A stretch of DNA of 32,000 bases from Erysipelotrichaceae bacterium (GCA_963663995.1 OY760660.1:960001-992000); one strand, 5' to 3'. Positions 15,433 to 25,945 are shown, numbered from the stretch's first letter. Made by a program: numbers and translations. The notes: generated by a model not told the origin, from the sequence alone.

Positions 15433-16377
15433 CTATCTAAATGGTGTAGCCATTTTCTTCCAAGTATATTGCTTTCCTTTTATAGAAACTGCTAACTGAT
15501 AAATATTTTCAGGCCATGTTCCTGCCCCAAATCCACCATCACCTATCGCATGGATATCGGCACCGGTTTGTTTCATAAGTAGTGCAACCTGACGTATTGT
15601 ATCTGTATCTGCCATTTCAACACTACTGTTTAGGAAAGTTAAAACTAGTGTTCCTGGTTTATAGCGATGGGTAAACTCTGCCAATTCTCGAATCATTTCA
15701 ACTGTAATACCATGACGACTTCCTGGTGCTGGTAAATCTATGCAATCAGCACCTGCATCAATTAGTTGTTTAATAATGTCTTTTGCATCATATTCAGCTA
15801 AAGGATCACCTAACACCTTTTCATTGATGCCATCTTCCCATTTACCAGCGCAAATAAGAACTTTGTCACCAGCGGTTTCCTTGGCTAGTTTTGTTGCGGT
15901 AATAACATCGGTAATTGATGTTCCACTACCAGGATTTCCCCCTAACACAATAAAATTTGCACCAATTTCAATAACATGTTGAAGATGTTCTTTGGAAAAC
16001 ATCATTCCACTCATCCGTTGAATACCAGGATCATTTAAATCTGAATCCACTTTAGGACAACCCATATAAATGCCCATCGGTTTATTTCCAACAAGCGCTT
16101 TAAGTTCTTGAAAGCTCATACCTTGTAAACCTTTGTTATTTTCTGGTTCATCAATATTGTAAGTATTTAACATCACCATATCCGCACCAAACGCAAACAT
16201 CAGTTCAGTATTGTTCACACCATGACATAAACCTTCATTAGCAAACAACAAATGTTGTCCCATAATGACGCGCCCTTCTGATTTGTAAATAGATTCTTTT
16301 AATTGTTGAGCTGTATACTTCGCAGCTTTACTTGGCTCAGCTGTAATTAATCGTGTTACTTCATAATCTAATTTCAT
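15433..16377 (-). CDS. Uncharacterised protein, probable phosphate-binding (beta/alpha)8-barrel
   Basis: 314 aa. It has a periodic strand-end pattern (FGADMVML, IGANFIVLGGNPGSG, AGADCIDLPAPG, TGADIHAIGDGGFGAG). The glycine-rich C-terminal loop resembles the phosphate-gripping loops of sugar-phosphate TIM barrels. I cannot assign a family. Confidence 0.5.
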   Translation of the reverse strand: MKLDYEVTRLITAEPSKAAKYTAQQLKESIYKSEGRVIMGQHLLFANEGLCHGVNNTELMFAFGADMVMLNTYNIDEPENNKGLQGMSFQELKALVGNKPMGIYMGCPKVDSDLNDPGIQRMSGMMFSKEHLQHVIEIGANFIVLGGNPGSGTSITDVITATKLAKETAGDKVLICAGKWEDGINEKVLGDPLAEYDAKDIIKQLIDAGADCIDLPAPGSRHGITVEMIRELAEFTHRYKPGTLVLTFLNSSVEMADTDTIRQVALLMKQTGADIHAIGDGGFGAGTWPENIYQLAVSIKGKQYTWKKMATPFR

Positions 16378-16389
16378 AACTCATCTTCC

Positions 16390-17037
16390 TTAATGATTGA
16401 TCTCTATCATGTTTCCTAATAAACCAACTACATCACCTGCTTGCACTTTATCAAGATTTTCTTTATGCGTTATGAACCATTTGTTTACTTTCTTTAAAAT
16501 GCCTAAACGATTTTCTATCGCTTGACCTGTACCTTTTAAAAGTAAACAGATTGTTTTAAACCCATATTGATCTACCGCAATCGGCGTATAGTGTAAACTT
16601 GTCGCATAACATTCAACAACACATCCTTTAGGTACGTAGAAAAACTCACAGTTTGATGAATCATACGTTTGATCAATCAAATCCCAGCGATGTCCAACTA
16701 CTAAAACATAATCAGTTACCGCAATGATTGTTTCACTACATTGATGATATTCAAGTCCATTCACAAGTCTATTGTGACCTAGCACAACACCAGCCATGAC
16801 AGGTAAATATCCATAAACTTGTTTCATCAATTGTTTTATCTTGATTTCATTTTCTAAATTCTCAATACTAGGTTCATATTTATTCCCATTCGTCGGGACT
16901 TGGTAGAGCTTATTTACAGCATTTATAACATCATTTAGATTTAGATGAATAATCTCACCATAGGTTTTAAACGAAGTATCTTTGATATCTTTAATATGCA
17001 AGTTTGGATTTAGTGTTTGTAAATCCGCTAATGTCAT
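16390..17037 (-). CDS. Uncharacterised protein (from memory resembles the DUF4867 class; possible cupin-like fold)
   Basis: 215 aa with no catalytic motif I can name. Its start forms an ATGA overlap with rpiB, and a 12-nt gap separates it from the next gene. The family assignment is from memory and unverified. Confidence 0.4.
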   Translation of the reverse strand: MTLADLQTLNPNLHIKDIKDTSFKTYGEIIHLNLNDVINAVNKLYQVPTNGNKYEPSIENLENEIKIKQLMKQVYGYLPVMAGVVLGHNRLVNGLEYHQCSETIIAVTDYVLVVGHRWDLIDQTYDSSNCEFFYVPKGCVVECYATSLHYTPIAVDQYGFKTICLLLKGTGQAIENRLGILKKVNKWFITHKENLDKVQAGDVVGLLGNMIEINH

Positions 17038-17489
17038 TTTAGTTTCTGTCTTTCTTCAATATCACTCAACAAATCAATACGTACTTGATGACGACCACCT
17101 TCAAACTCAGCACTCAACCATTCGTCGACAATCATCTTAGCTAGTTCAACACCGACCACACGTGCCCCAAAAGCTAGCATATTTGTATTATTGTGTTCTC
17201 TTGAGAGTTTAGCAGAATAAGGTTCGCTACAAGTCACACAACGGATACCGTTAACTTTATTGGCTGACAAACTAATGCCTACACCTGTTCCACAGATAAC
17301 AATTCCTTTATCAACTTCTCCTCTCACAACTGCATTTGCGACAGCTTCTCCTGCAACTGGATAATTAAAACGTTCAGTACTATCAGTTCCGAAATTAACT
17401 ATTTCATAACCATATTTTTCAGTGATATAAGCACTAATCGCATTTTTCATATCAATAGCAACATGATCGTTTCCAATACCTATTTTCAT
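17034..17489 (-). CDS. rpiB: RpiB/LacA/LacB-family sugar-phosphate isomerase (ribose-5-P / allose-6-P isomerase B type)
   Basis: 151 aa and collinear with E. coli RpiB as I recall it: GNDHV, the catalytic-Cys loop ICGTGVGISLSANK, SEPYSAKLSREHNNTNMLAFGARVVG and EGGRHQVRI. Confidence 0.9.
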   Translation of the reverse strand: MKIGIGNDHVAIDMKNAISAYITEKYGYEIVNFGTDSTERFNYPVAGEAVANAVVRGEVDKGIVICGTGVGISLSANKVNGIRCVTCSEPYSAKLSREHNNTNMLAFGARVVGVELAKMIVDEWLSAEFEGGRHQVRIDLLSDIEERQKLK

Positions 17490-18829
17490 AATTGTTCTCC
17501 TTTTGTCTCAATAAATTTCTTATACCAATAGAATGATTTCTTAGGTCTTCTTTCTAAAGTATTTTCATCTACATGAACAAAGCCATAACGTTTAACTAAT
17601 CCTTCACGCGTTGAATATAGATCTGTTGCACTCCACGTCATATAAGCTCTGACATCTACACCATTATCAACCGCGTCTTTCAACTGCTTAATATGAGCTT
17701 TTAGATAATCAATACGATAATCATCATTGATTGATCCATTATCTTCGACATTATCATAGGCACCCATGCCATTTTCAGTAATCACAATTGGCATTTGATA
17801 GCGATGTGAGAATTCCTCAAGCATGTGTCTAAATCCATAAGGATCAATATTCCATCCCCAGTCTGTTTGTTTAACATAAGGATTTTTTCCTTTAATCATG
17901 TTAATACCACTTGATCCATCAGTCGCATCAACTGTTGAAGTCATATAATAAGTCAAGCTGATAAAATCAGGTTGAGCTTTACTGATAATTTCTAAATCTC
18001 CATCTTGAATAACAAGTTTTCGATCATCTTCACTATATTGATTTAAGTATCTTTTCGAATATATGCCTTTACAATAAACATCGCCAAAGTTATAACCAAA
18101 CTTGTAATTAAGATCATCTGCTGCTTGAACATTGACAGGATTACAGGTCGCTGGAATGAAACAACAATTTCCAATATTGCCACCCGTTTTAGCGTTTGCA
18201 TCACATTGATGTATTAATTGTGTTGCTTGCGCGTATGCCATATTAAAATGATGTTCCATTGTGAAAATCTCACGGTCATTTTTTGCCTTATATCCTGTCA
18301 TGTATTCAGAATCAATAGCTAAAAAGTTTTGTTCATTAAAAGGTAACCAGTATTTAACTCTTCCCTTAAAATAACTAACAACTGTTTCAACATATTTTAG
18401 ATAATCCTCAACACATTGACGACTCATCCAACCGTTATATTCTTTTAATAAACTTAAAGGTAAATCATAGGCATAGAGCGTACATACTGGTTGAATTTTA
18501 TATTTTTCTAACTCAGTTAACATACGGTCATAGAAATCTAATCCTTCTTGATTAGGTTCATTATCATTCCCATTAGGGAAAATACGAGCCCACGACATCG
18601 TGAAACGATAAATTTCAAAACCCATTTCTCCGTAATATTTAATATCTTCTTCCAAATGGTGATAGTGATCTGCCGCTACTTTAAATGAATCAAAATTACT
18701 ATCCGTAATTGTCTCCATTTCAATTTTACGGACATCAGCAATGCTTAAACCTTTACCGCCATCCGCATATCCGCCTTCAAATTGTTGGGCATTTGTACTA
18801 CTCCCCCACAAAATATCTTGATAAGTCAT
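17486..18829 (-). CDS. GH1 6-phospho-beta-glycosidase (short paralogue)
   Basis: 447 aa with ILWGSSTNAQQFEGG, the acid/base Glu in LPFNEQN and the nucleophile in VITENGMG. The C-terminal WSATDLYS...VKRYGFVHVD carries the S/K/Y phosphate-binding pattern of phospho-specific GH1 enzymes. Confidence 0.88.
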   Translation of the reverse strand: MTYQDILWGSSTNAQQFEGGYADGGKGLSIADVRKIEMETITDSNFDSFKVAADHYHHLEEDIKYYGEMGFEIYRFTMSWARIFPNGNDNEPNQEGLDFYDRMLTELEKYKIQPVCTLYAYDLPLSLLKEYNGWMSRQCVEDYLKYVETVVSYFKGRVKYWLPFNEQNFLAIDSEYMTGYKAKNDREIFTMEHHFNMAYAQATQLIHQCDANAKTGGNIGNCCFIPATCNPVNVQAADDLNYKFGYNFGDVYCKGIYSKRYLNQYSEDDRKLVIQDGDLEIISKAQPDFISLTYYMTSTVDATDGSSGINMIKGKNPYVKQTDWGWNIDPYGFRHMLEEFSHRYQMPIVITENGMGAYDNVEDNGSINDDYRIDYLKAHIKQLKDAVDNGVDVRAYMTWSATDLYSTREGLVKRYGFVHVDENTLERRPKKSFYWYKKFIETKGEQL

Positions 18830-18830
18830 C

Positions 18831-20949
<2,119 letters not shown>

Positions 20950-20993
20950 ATTTTTATCCTCAATTTATTCGTTAAAAATTTCTAAATTTAAGT

Positions 20994-21023
20994 AGAAATG
21001 AGGAATGAACATTCCTCATTTCT
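20994..21023 (-). other. Strong intercistronic hairpin without a U-tract, between the EIIC and epimerase genes
   Basis: Perfect 13-bp stem AGAAATGAGGAAT (20994-21006) / ATTCCTCATTTCT (21011-21023) with a 4-nt loop. In the minus sense no U-run follows it. Confidence 0.6.
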
Positions 21024-21036
21024 TTATTAATTTAAA

Positions 21037-22368
21037 TTATGCGTTTGCTTTTTCAGCTTCAATTTTTGCTAATTCATTCTTTTCATAAACTCTCCAGAAT
21101 GGTAGGTAAATGAAGTAACCAATCGCTACGTTACATGCAACTACGATAATCCATTTCCAGTCACCAGATGAGGCAGGACCTAATAGGAATGGAGGTGTTG
21201 CCCAAGGTAGTGCAGCGAACATTCTCGCGACTAGTCCTAATTGCACAACGGCATATGTGAAGATTGAACTTACAACTTCTGCTAATAGGAATGGAATGAA
21301 TAGAATTGGATTCAATGCTAAAGGTAGACCAAACATAACTGGTTCAATGATTGTGAAGATACCAGCAGGAAGTGCGGTCGCAGCCAATGCTTTTTTACCA
21401 GGAATTTTAGATGTAAACATGAAGATAAAGAGTGGCCATACAGTGGCTGTCCAGTCATGCATACGTTCAAATGGTTGAGTCCAAATATAAGGTAGAGCTT
21501 GTCCAGCAGACACTGCTTCTGCATTAGCTGCAATAGTCATTGTTGTAAAAGGACCTGTAATTGCACCTAACATATTGTCACCATGAATACCAGCAGTCCA
21601 GAATAATTTACGTAGGAATTGTTGGAATGTATAGAACCAAATATTGTCACCAGCACTCATAAGTGGAGCAAGTAAAGTTGTTAACCAACTTGCTAAATCA
21701 AAGCCCAAAACAGTTCTAATTAACCAAGCGACTGTGAATACAACTGTATAAGGAATTAAAGCTGTAAATGAGTCAGCAATCATTGGTGGAACACCATCAG
21801 GCATTTTAATAACAACACCTGAATCAACAACTAATTTATAAAGTCTTACAGATAATAAGCCCACTAAAATCGCTGTAAATAACCCTGATGCACTGAAGGA
21901 TGATACGGGAATTCCTCCAATTGAGAATGGAATCATATTACCAGCTGCATCAGCTACTTCACCACTTAAACTTGTAGTATTAATAGTGATGAGTAAGAAT
22001 GAAACTAAACCTAAGATAGCTGCAGGTTTTGCACCAATCTCTAATTTTGTAGCATATGCCATCGCAATAGTAACTGCTGCATATAAGCCTAAGAAGTTCA
22101 TTGTTAAACCGAAGAACACCAAGAAGTCACCTGCGTATGGTGTTAAAAATGGTAATAAAACCGTAGGTTCACCACCAACTGCAATCCATGGTAAGGCTAA
22201 AACAGATAAAACGAGGCCAATAGACCCAATAATAACGATTGGCATAATACCAACCATACCTTCTTGAAGTGCTTGAACCCAAGGAATGCTCGCTAATTTG
22301 AACATTGGTTCAGCAATCTTCATCGTGAAGGCTTCGACATTTTCGAAGAAACTTTTCTTCTCTGACAT
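21037..22368 (-). CDS. PTS sugar transporter subunit EIIC, lactose/cellobiose (Lac) family
   Basis: 443 aa and polytopic. The N-terminal FMKIAEPMFKLASIPWVQALQEGMVGIMPIVIIGS is typical of CelB/ChbC-type EIIC. The SD is AAAGGAG. No EIIA or EIIB ORF is present anywhere in the window. Confidence 0.85.
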   Translation of the reverse strand: MSEKKSFFENVEAFTMKIAEPMFKLASIPWVQALQEGMVGIMPIVIIGSIGLVLSVLALPWIAVGGEPTVLLPFLTPYAGDFLVFFGLTMNFLGLYAAVTIAMAYATKLEIGAKPAAILGLVSFLLITINTTSLSGEVADAAGNMIPFSIGGIPVSSFSASGLFTAILVGLLSVRLYKLVVDSGVVIKMPDGVPPMIADSFTALIPYTVVFTVAWLIRTVLGFDLASWLTTLLAPLMSAGDNIWFYTFQQFLRKLFWTAGIHGDNMLGAITGPFTTMTIAANAEAVSAGQALPYIWTQPFERMHDWTATVWPLFIFMFTSKIPGKKALAATALPAGIFTIIEPVMFGLPLALNPILFIPFLLAEVVSSIFTYAVVQLGLVARMFAALPWATPPFLLGPASSGDWKWIIVVACNVAIGYFIYLPFWRVYEKNELAKIEAEKANA

Positions 22369-22408
22369 AAAATCTCCTTTCGTGATTTATCACTTTTTTT
22401 ATGTTGCC

Positions 22409-22455
22409 TTGATCTATATAGCAACCTTTCCCGTAATTGTGAAAATATAGATCAA
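22409..22455. repeat. Perfect 11-bp inverted repeat in the Gfo/Idh/MocA-EIIC intergenic gap
   Basis: TTGATCTATAT (22409-22419) and ATATAGATCAA (22445-22455) are separated by 25 nt. A competing 5-bp pairing, GUUGC/GCAAC, uses part of the same sequence. Confidence 0.6.
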
Positions 22456-22467
22456 TTGAGGCCAAAT

Positions 22468-23436
22468 TTAGGCGTCCGCTTGAAAGCGAACATTTGCACT
22501 TAATCGTGCGTTTGTAAGTAATTCCATACGATGTTGAATGACTTCGAATTGATTTTCTAATGAATGAAAATCTTTGTTTTTATATATCATTTGAAATGTT
22601 TGAATCTCATAGAAAAGTCTATTTTTTTCTTCTTGGATATTGAATCTCTCACCATCTATATCGAAGGATGCTAGTCCATTGATCCCTTGATTTAATTCAA
22701 TACATCCCTTCTCTCCATGAAAGATTCCACTTGGTTTGCCCTTGGCATTCTTTGCCGCAAGTGCACTAACCTTAAATTCACCGTAATCCATCATTAGTAA
22801 ACCCGATACATCAATACCGTTGTTAGCTAATACTGGATAATAATTGATTACCTGTGGATCACCTAGAACATTTAAGACAAAATGCAGGTGATAAATATTG
22901 AGATCCATCAGTGCGCCACCCGAGAACGCAGGGTTGAATACATTGGGTACTTCCCCACGTTTGAATTCATCGTATTTTCTCGAGTATTGACACATGGATA
23001 GTTCTACCCATTTTAGTGGGCCTATAGTATCTAATTTAGATTTCAACAGATCTAAATTAGGCATATAGTTAATGGACATCGCCTCAAATAGAAATAATTT
23101 CTTCTTCTTGGCTAAATCGATAATCTCTTGTGATTCACGATCTGTTGAACAGAATGGTTTTTCTAGAATCACATTTTTATTGGCATTCAAGCAATCTTTT
23201 GCTTGTTGATAATGAAGACTATTGGGTGATGCGATATAGATCGTATCAAAGCTATTTGAATGAATGAATTTTTCATAATCGTCATAGGCTTCCAACATAT
23301 TGAAGCTATCAACCAATTCATTCGCTTTAGCTATTGTTCTTGAATAGGAAGCAATCAAATCAACACCATCGACACTTTTGCAGGCATCTAGAAATTGAAT
23401 GACAATGAATCCACTACCTATCGTTCCAAGTTTCAT
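22468..23436 (-). CDS. Gfo/Idh/MocA family oxidoreductase (second copy)
   Basis: 322 aa with MKLGTIGSGFI (Rossmann) and the EKP motif (VILEKPF). Its start forms an ATGA overlap with the upstream gene. Confidence 0.85.
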   Translation of the reverse strand: MKLGTIGSGFIVIQFLDACKSVDGVDLIASYSRTIAKANELVDSFNMLEAYDDYEKFIHSNSFDTIYIASPNSLHYQQAKDCLNANKNVILEKPFCSTDRESQEIIDLAKKKKLFLFEAMSINYMPNLDLLKSKLDTIGPLKWVELSMCQYSRKYDEFKRGEVPNVFNPAFSGGALMDLNIYHLHFVLNVLGDPQVINYYPVLANNGIDVSGLLMMDYGEFKVSALAAKNAKGKPSGIFHGEKGCIELNQGINGLASFDIDGERFNIQEEKNRLFYEIQTFQMIYKNKDFHSLENQFEVIQHRMELLTNARLSANVRFQADA

Positions 23437-24455
23437 TTGTTTAAGCTAGCCTCAGCTTCCTTAACAATATTTAAGACAAACAATATTTCTTCTGGTTTAA
23501 CAATAAGTTCTCCATCTCCATTGATTACTAAATCTAAGTTGTTATAGATCTTTCCATATTCAGAGACTTCAGTTTGAATATATGTATCAACATCGTTTCC
23601 ATCTTTATCTATATACGATAGATGTCCCCAATTACTTTCTGGCTCTGGATCAAAGCTAACCACTACTGGTTCAGTTCTATTTGAACTTAAATGTCCTTGG
23701 GTGTTTTTAATAAAACTACCTTGGGTTCCATGAGCGATAAATTTTGGGAAATCAATCTTGGCACTCATGCTTGTTTTAACGGTAAATTTCATTTTCTCAT
23801 AATAGAAATCAATATCGATATTGTCATCAAACTCTGAAACAACAGACCGAACATCATATCTAATCTTGTCTGGTTTTCCAAAGAGATAGACCATTTGATC
23901 GATTGGGTGAATCGCTAAGCCAGATACCATTGTCATTTGACGTGGCATATTTGGGTCCGCTTTTTGATAACCTGGTCTGAAATAGTGGTAGTGTGATTGA
24001 ATTTCAACAATATCCCCTAAAACATGTGAATCGATTACTTTTTTAAGTGTTTGCATATCAGCATCGAATCGACGGTTATTATTACATGAGATAACTAGAC
24101 CTTTTTTATCAGCCAATTTAAATAATTCTTCAGCCTCTTTAATCGTGTTTGTAAATGGTTTTTCAACCAAGACATTCTTACCTGCCTCTAAACATTTTTT
24201 TGCGTATTCATAATGCACATCAACGTGTGTATTGATAGAAATTAAATTAACTTCTGGATCATTTAAGACTTCATCAAAATCCGTTGTAAATTTAAATTCA
24301 GGGTATAGTAACTCACGTTCCATTTCACCTGCTAATTCACGATCTTCTTGACGACGATAGACCCATTTCACATTTACATTTTTATTGTCTTTAATAAAAG
24401 GCAAGTGGTAACGTACAACACTATTTCCAAATCCAACATAAGCAACCGTTAGCAT
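23433..24455 (-). CDS. Gfo/Idh/MocA family oxidoreductase (first copy, first gene of the operon)
   Basis: I place the start at ATG 24455 (MLTVAYVGFGNS), preceded by GAAGGGG 6 nt upstream. The EKP motif is present (VLVEKPF). Confidence 0.85.
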   Translation of the reverse strand: MLTVAYVGFGNSVVRYHLPFIKDNKNVNVKWVYRRQEDRELAGEMERELLYPEFKFTTDFDEVLNDPEVNLISINTHVDVHYEYAKKCLEAGKNVLVEKPFTNTIKEAEELFKLADKKGLVISCNNNRRFDADMQTLKKVIDSHVLGDIVEIQSHYHYFRPGYQKADPNMPRQMTMVSGLAIHPIDQMVYLFGKPDKIRYDVRSVVSEFDDNIDIDFYYEKMKFTVKTSMSAKIDFPKFIAHGTQGSFIKNTQGHLSSNRTEPVVVSFDPEPESNWGHLSYIDKDGNDVDTYIQTEVSEYGKIYNNLDLVINGDGELIVKPEEILFVLNIVKEAEASLNK

Positions 24456-24498
24456 TTTGTTCCCCTTCTTTCTACACAAGCAAAATACCAACTTTAAC

Positions 24499-24512
24499 TG
24501 AAAGCGGATACT
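24499..24512. promoter_or_regulatory. Candidate catabolite-responsive element (cre, CcpA site)
   Basis: TGAAAGCGGATACT matches WTGNAANCGNWNNCW at every defined position except the leading W. Against TGWNANCGNTNWCA it matches 8 of 10 defined positions. It lies in the divergent control region. Confidence 0.4.
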
Positions 24513-24518
24513 TTTAAA

Positions 24519-24527
24519 TGCTATAAT
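24519..24527 (+). promoter_or_regulatory. Extended -10 promoter element for rpiR-family gene
   Basis: TGcTATAAT (TG at 24519-20, TATAAT at 24522-27). There is no good -35, as is usual for extended -10 promoters. Confidence 0.5.
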
Positions 24528-24534
24528 GAAATCG

Positions 24535-24587
24535 AATTACATTAATTTTTCATAAATTGATATTATTTTGAAATTCAATTACATTAA
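24535..24587. repeat. Two direct copies of AATTACATTAA spaced 42 bp apart (possible RpiR operator)
   Basis: The copies are at 24535-24545 and 24577-24587, with flanks also similar (TCgAATTACATTAAtTT and TCaAATTACATTAAaTT). They lie between the rpiR -10 element and its start codon. Confidence 0.45.
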
Positions 24588-24606
24588 ATTAAAGGATTAT
24601 ATAAAT

Positions 24607-25422
24607 ATGATTAAACGTAGACTTTTAGAAACCGACCACCTTTCATCAAGCGAACAGACTATTGCCAAATATATTTTGGACAATCCTGAATGTGTTTTAA
24701 ATTGCACTGCAAAAGACCTAGCCGCTCTTGTTTACACATCTTCACCGACAATCATTCGCTTTTGTCGTAAACTAGGTTTTTCAGGATATCCAGATTTCAG
24801 ATATCAATACATCAAAGAACTTTCAGCTATGCCAAAAGAAAAAGAAGAAATATCTGTCTCTTCTTCATTAAATGATGTTTTGAGATTATTGCCCATACGT
24901 TATGAACTTGTCGCAAAGAACAGTGCTGATCGTATTGATACAAAAGAATTTGCTTATATAGTTTCTGAATTTAGAAAAGCTAGTAATATTGATTTTTATG
25001 CAACAGGAATTAATTTGGGAATAGCACAAGCTGCTTGTGTACGGTTTAATAATTTAGGTTATCACGCTCAGGTTCAATTAGGCATTAATAAACATTACAT
25101 CGTTTCTCAAACCCCTCAACAAAGAGAAAAGACATTATCCTTTATCATTTCTCATACCGGGACTAATGAGTCTGTCATAGAAGTTGCTCATTATTTAAAA
25201 GAAGTTCATATGAAGATGGTACATTTAGGACGTACAAACAATAAACTCTATGACTTAGCTGATTATCATATTCTATGGGATAATGATCGTTATGATCATC
25301 GTTATGATAATTTATCGTATCCATTATCATTAATGTTTATATTGGATGTTTTATACTTAGAGCTTACTAACATCAAAAAATATAATGACCCTGAAACAGA
25401 TGAAGTCATTAAACCTATTTAA
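24607..25422 (+). CDS. RpiR/MurR-family transcriptional regulator (HTH_6 + SIS)
   Basis: I place the start at ATG 24607 (MIKRRLLE...), preceded by AAAGGA; the track start at 24568 is a TTG. The N-terminal EQTIAKYILDNPE...AKDLAALVYTSSPTIIRFCRKLGFSGYPDFR is the RpiR HTH. The C-terminal half has SIS-like length and pattern. Confidence 0.85.
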   Translation: MIKRRLLETDHLSSSEQTIAKYILDNPECVLNCTAKDLAALVYTSSPTIIRFCRKLGFSGYPDFRYQYIKELSAMPKEKEEISVSSSLNDVLRLLPIRYELVAKNSADRIDTKEFAYIVSEFRKASNIDFYATGINLGIAQAACVRFNNLGYHAQVQLGINKHYIVSQTPQQREKTLSFIISHTGTNESVIEVAHYLKEVHMKMVHLGRTNNKLYDLADYHILWDNDRYDHRYDNLSYPLSLMFILDVLYLELTNIKKYNDPETDEVIKPI

Positions 25423-25426
25423 TCAA

Positions 25427-25461
25427 ACAAAAGAACGGTCACTTGATCTAACCGTTCTTTT
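25427..25461. terminator. Bidirectional terminator between convergent genes
   Basis: Perfect 9-bp stem AAGAACGGT (25431-39) / ACCGTTCTT (25451-59) with an 11-nt loop. It is A-rich on the left and followed by TTT on the right. Confidence 0.7.
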
Positions 25462-25466
25462 AGTAT

Positions 25467-25709
25467 CTACATGAATTTCCCGTCTTCAACAACACGGAAA
25501 GCAATGAGTTTTCCAAATTTTGTATTTTTAATTAAGTCTTTTGCGATTTTAACGACATCATCTCCGTCATTGAAATTTTCAACCTCAAATTGAATAGTTC
25601 CCCTAAAATTATTGGGATGACCCAAATATTTAAAAATAGGTTGTTCATTTGCTTCCAATAGTTCTATAATTTCATCTTGTTTATTTCCTGAATCAACATT
25701 TATCTTCAT
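25467..25709 (-). CDS. Small acidic hypothetical protein (80 aa)
   Basis: I place the start at ATG 25709 (MKINVDSGNK...), preceded by GAGGTG; the track start at 25736 is a TTG. I recognise no motif. Confidence 0.5.
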   Translation of the reverse strand: MKINVDSGNKQDEIIELLEANEQPIFKYLGHPNNFRGTIQFEVENFNDGDDVVKIAKDLIKNTKFGKLIAFRVVEDGKFM

Positions 25710-25917
25710 ACTCACCTCACGCTCATTAACAATCAATTGTTAGTAAAGCCATTTTCCTTTTAAAAATTTATCAATTCCTAATTAATGTGAATACAATATA
25801 GATTATTAATGAAAGCAAATTACATATATCGAGACAATATCAAGCATTTTATGAAATTCCGTTTCATTTGCACACAGTTTCAAACAAAGAAAATGTCAAA
25901 ATTATAAATATTGTGAC

Positions 25918-25945
25918 TGTTTGAATCATCAAACATGCTTTTTTT
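25918..25945 (+). terminator. Orphan plus-strand terminator-like hairpin in a long non-coding spacer
   Basis: TGTTTGA ATCA TCAAACA (7 bp), then TGC and TTTTTTT (25939-45). There is no plus-strand gene upstream of it. Confidence 0.35.

Noticed and set aside
20994-22455. BglG/LicT-type RAT antiterminator elements at the two intercistronic hairpins
   Set aside because: No BglG/LicT-family gene is present, the hairpins are not followed by U-tract terminators, and I do not see the RAT consensus.
24456-24606. Longer N-terminal extensions offered by the ORF track (1364-1399, 6992-7015, 15340-15354, 20283-20291, 24456-24491, 24568-24606, 25710-25736, 31310-31333)
   Set aside because: The extended starts are TTG/GTG or ATG codons without an SD. 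In each case an internal ATG has a good SD at 5-10 nt and/or yields the N-terminus expected for the family.
25809-25907. 32-aa plus-strand ORF (MKANYIYRDNIKHF...) in the long spacer
   Set aside because: It has no SD, is basic and low-complexity, and ends just before the orphan hairpin. This is insufficient evidence for a small protein.
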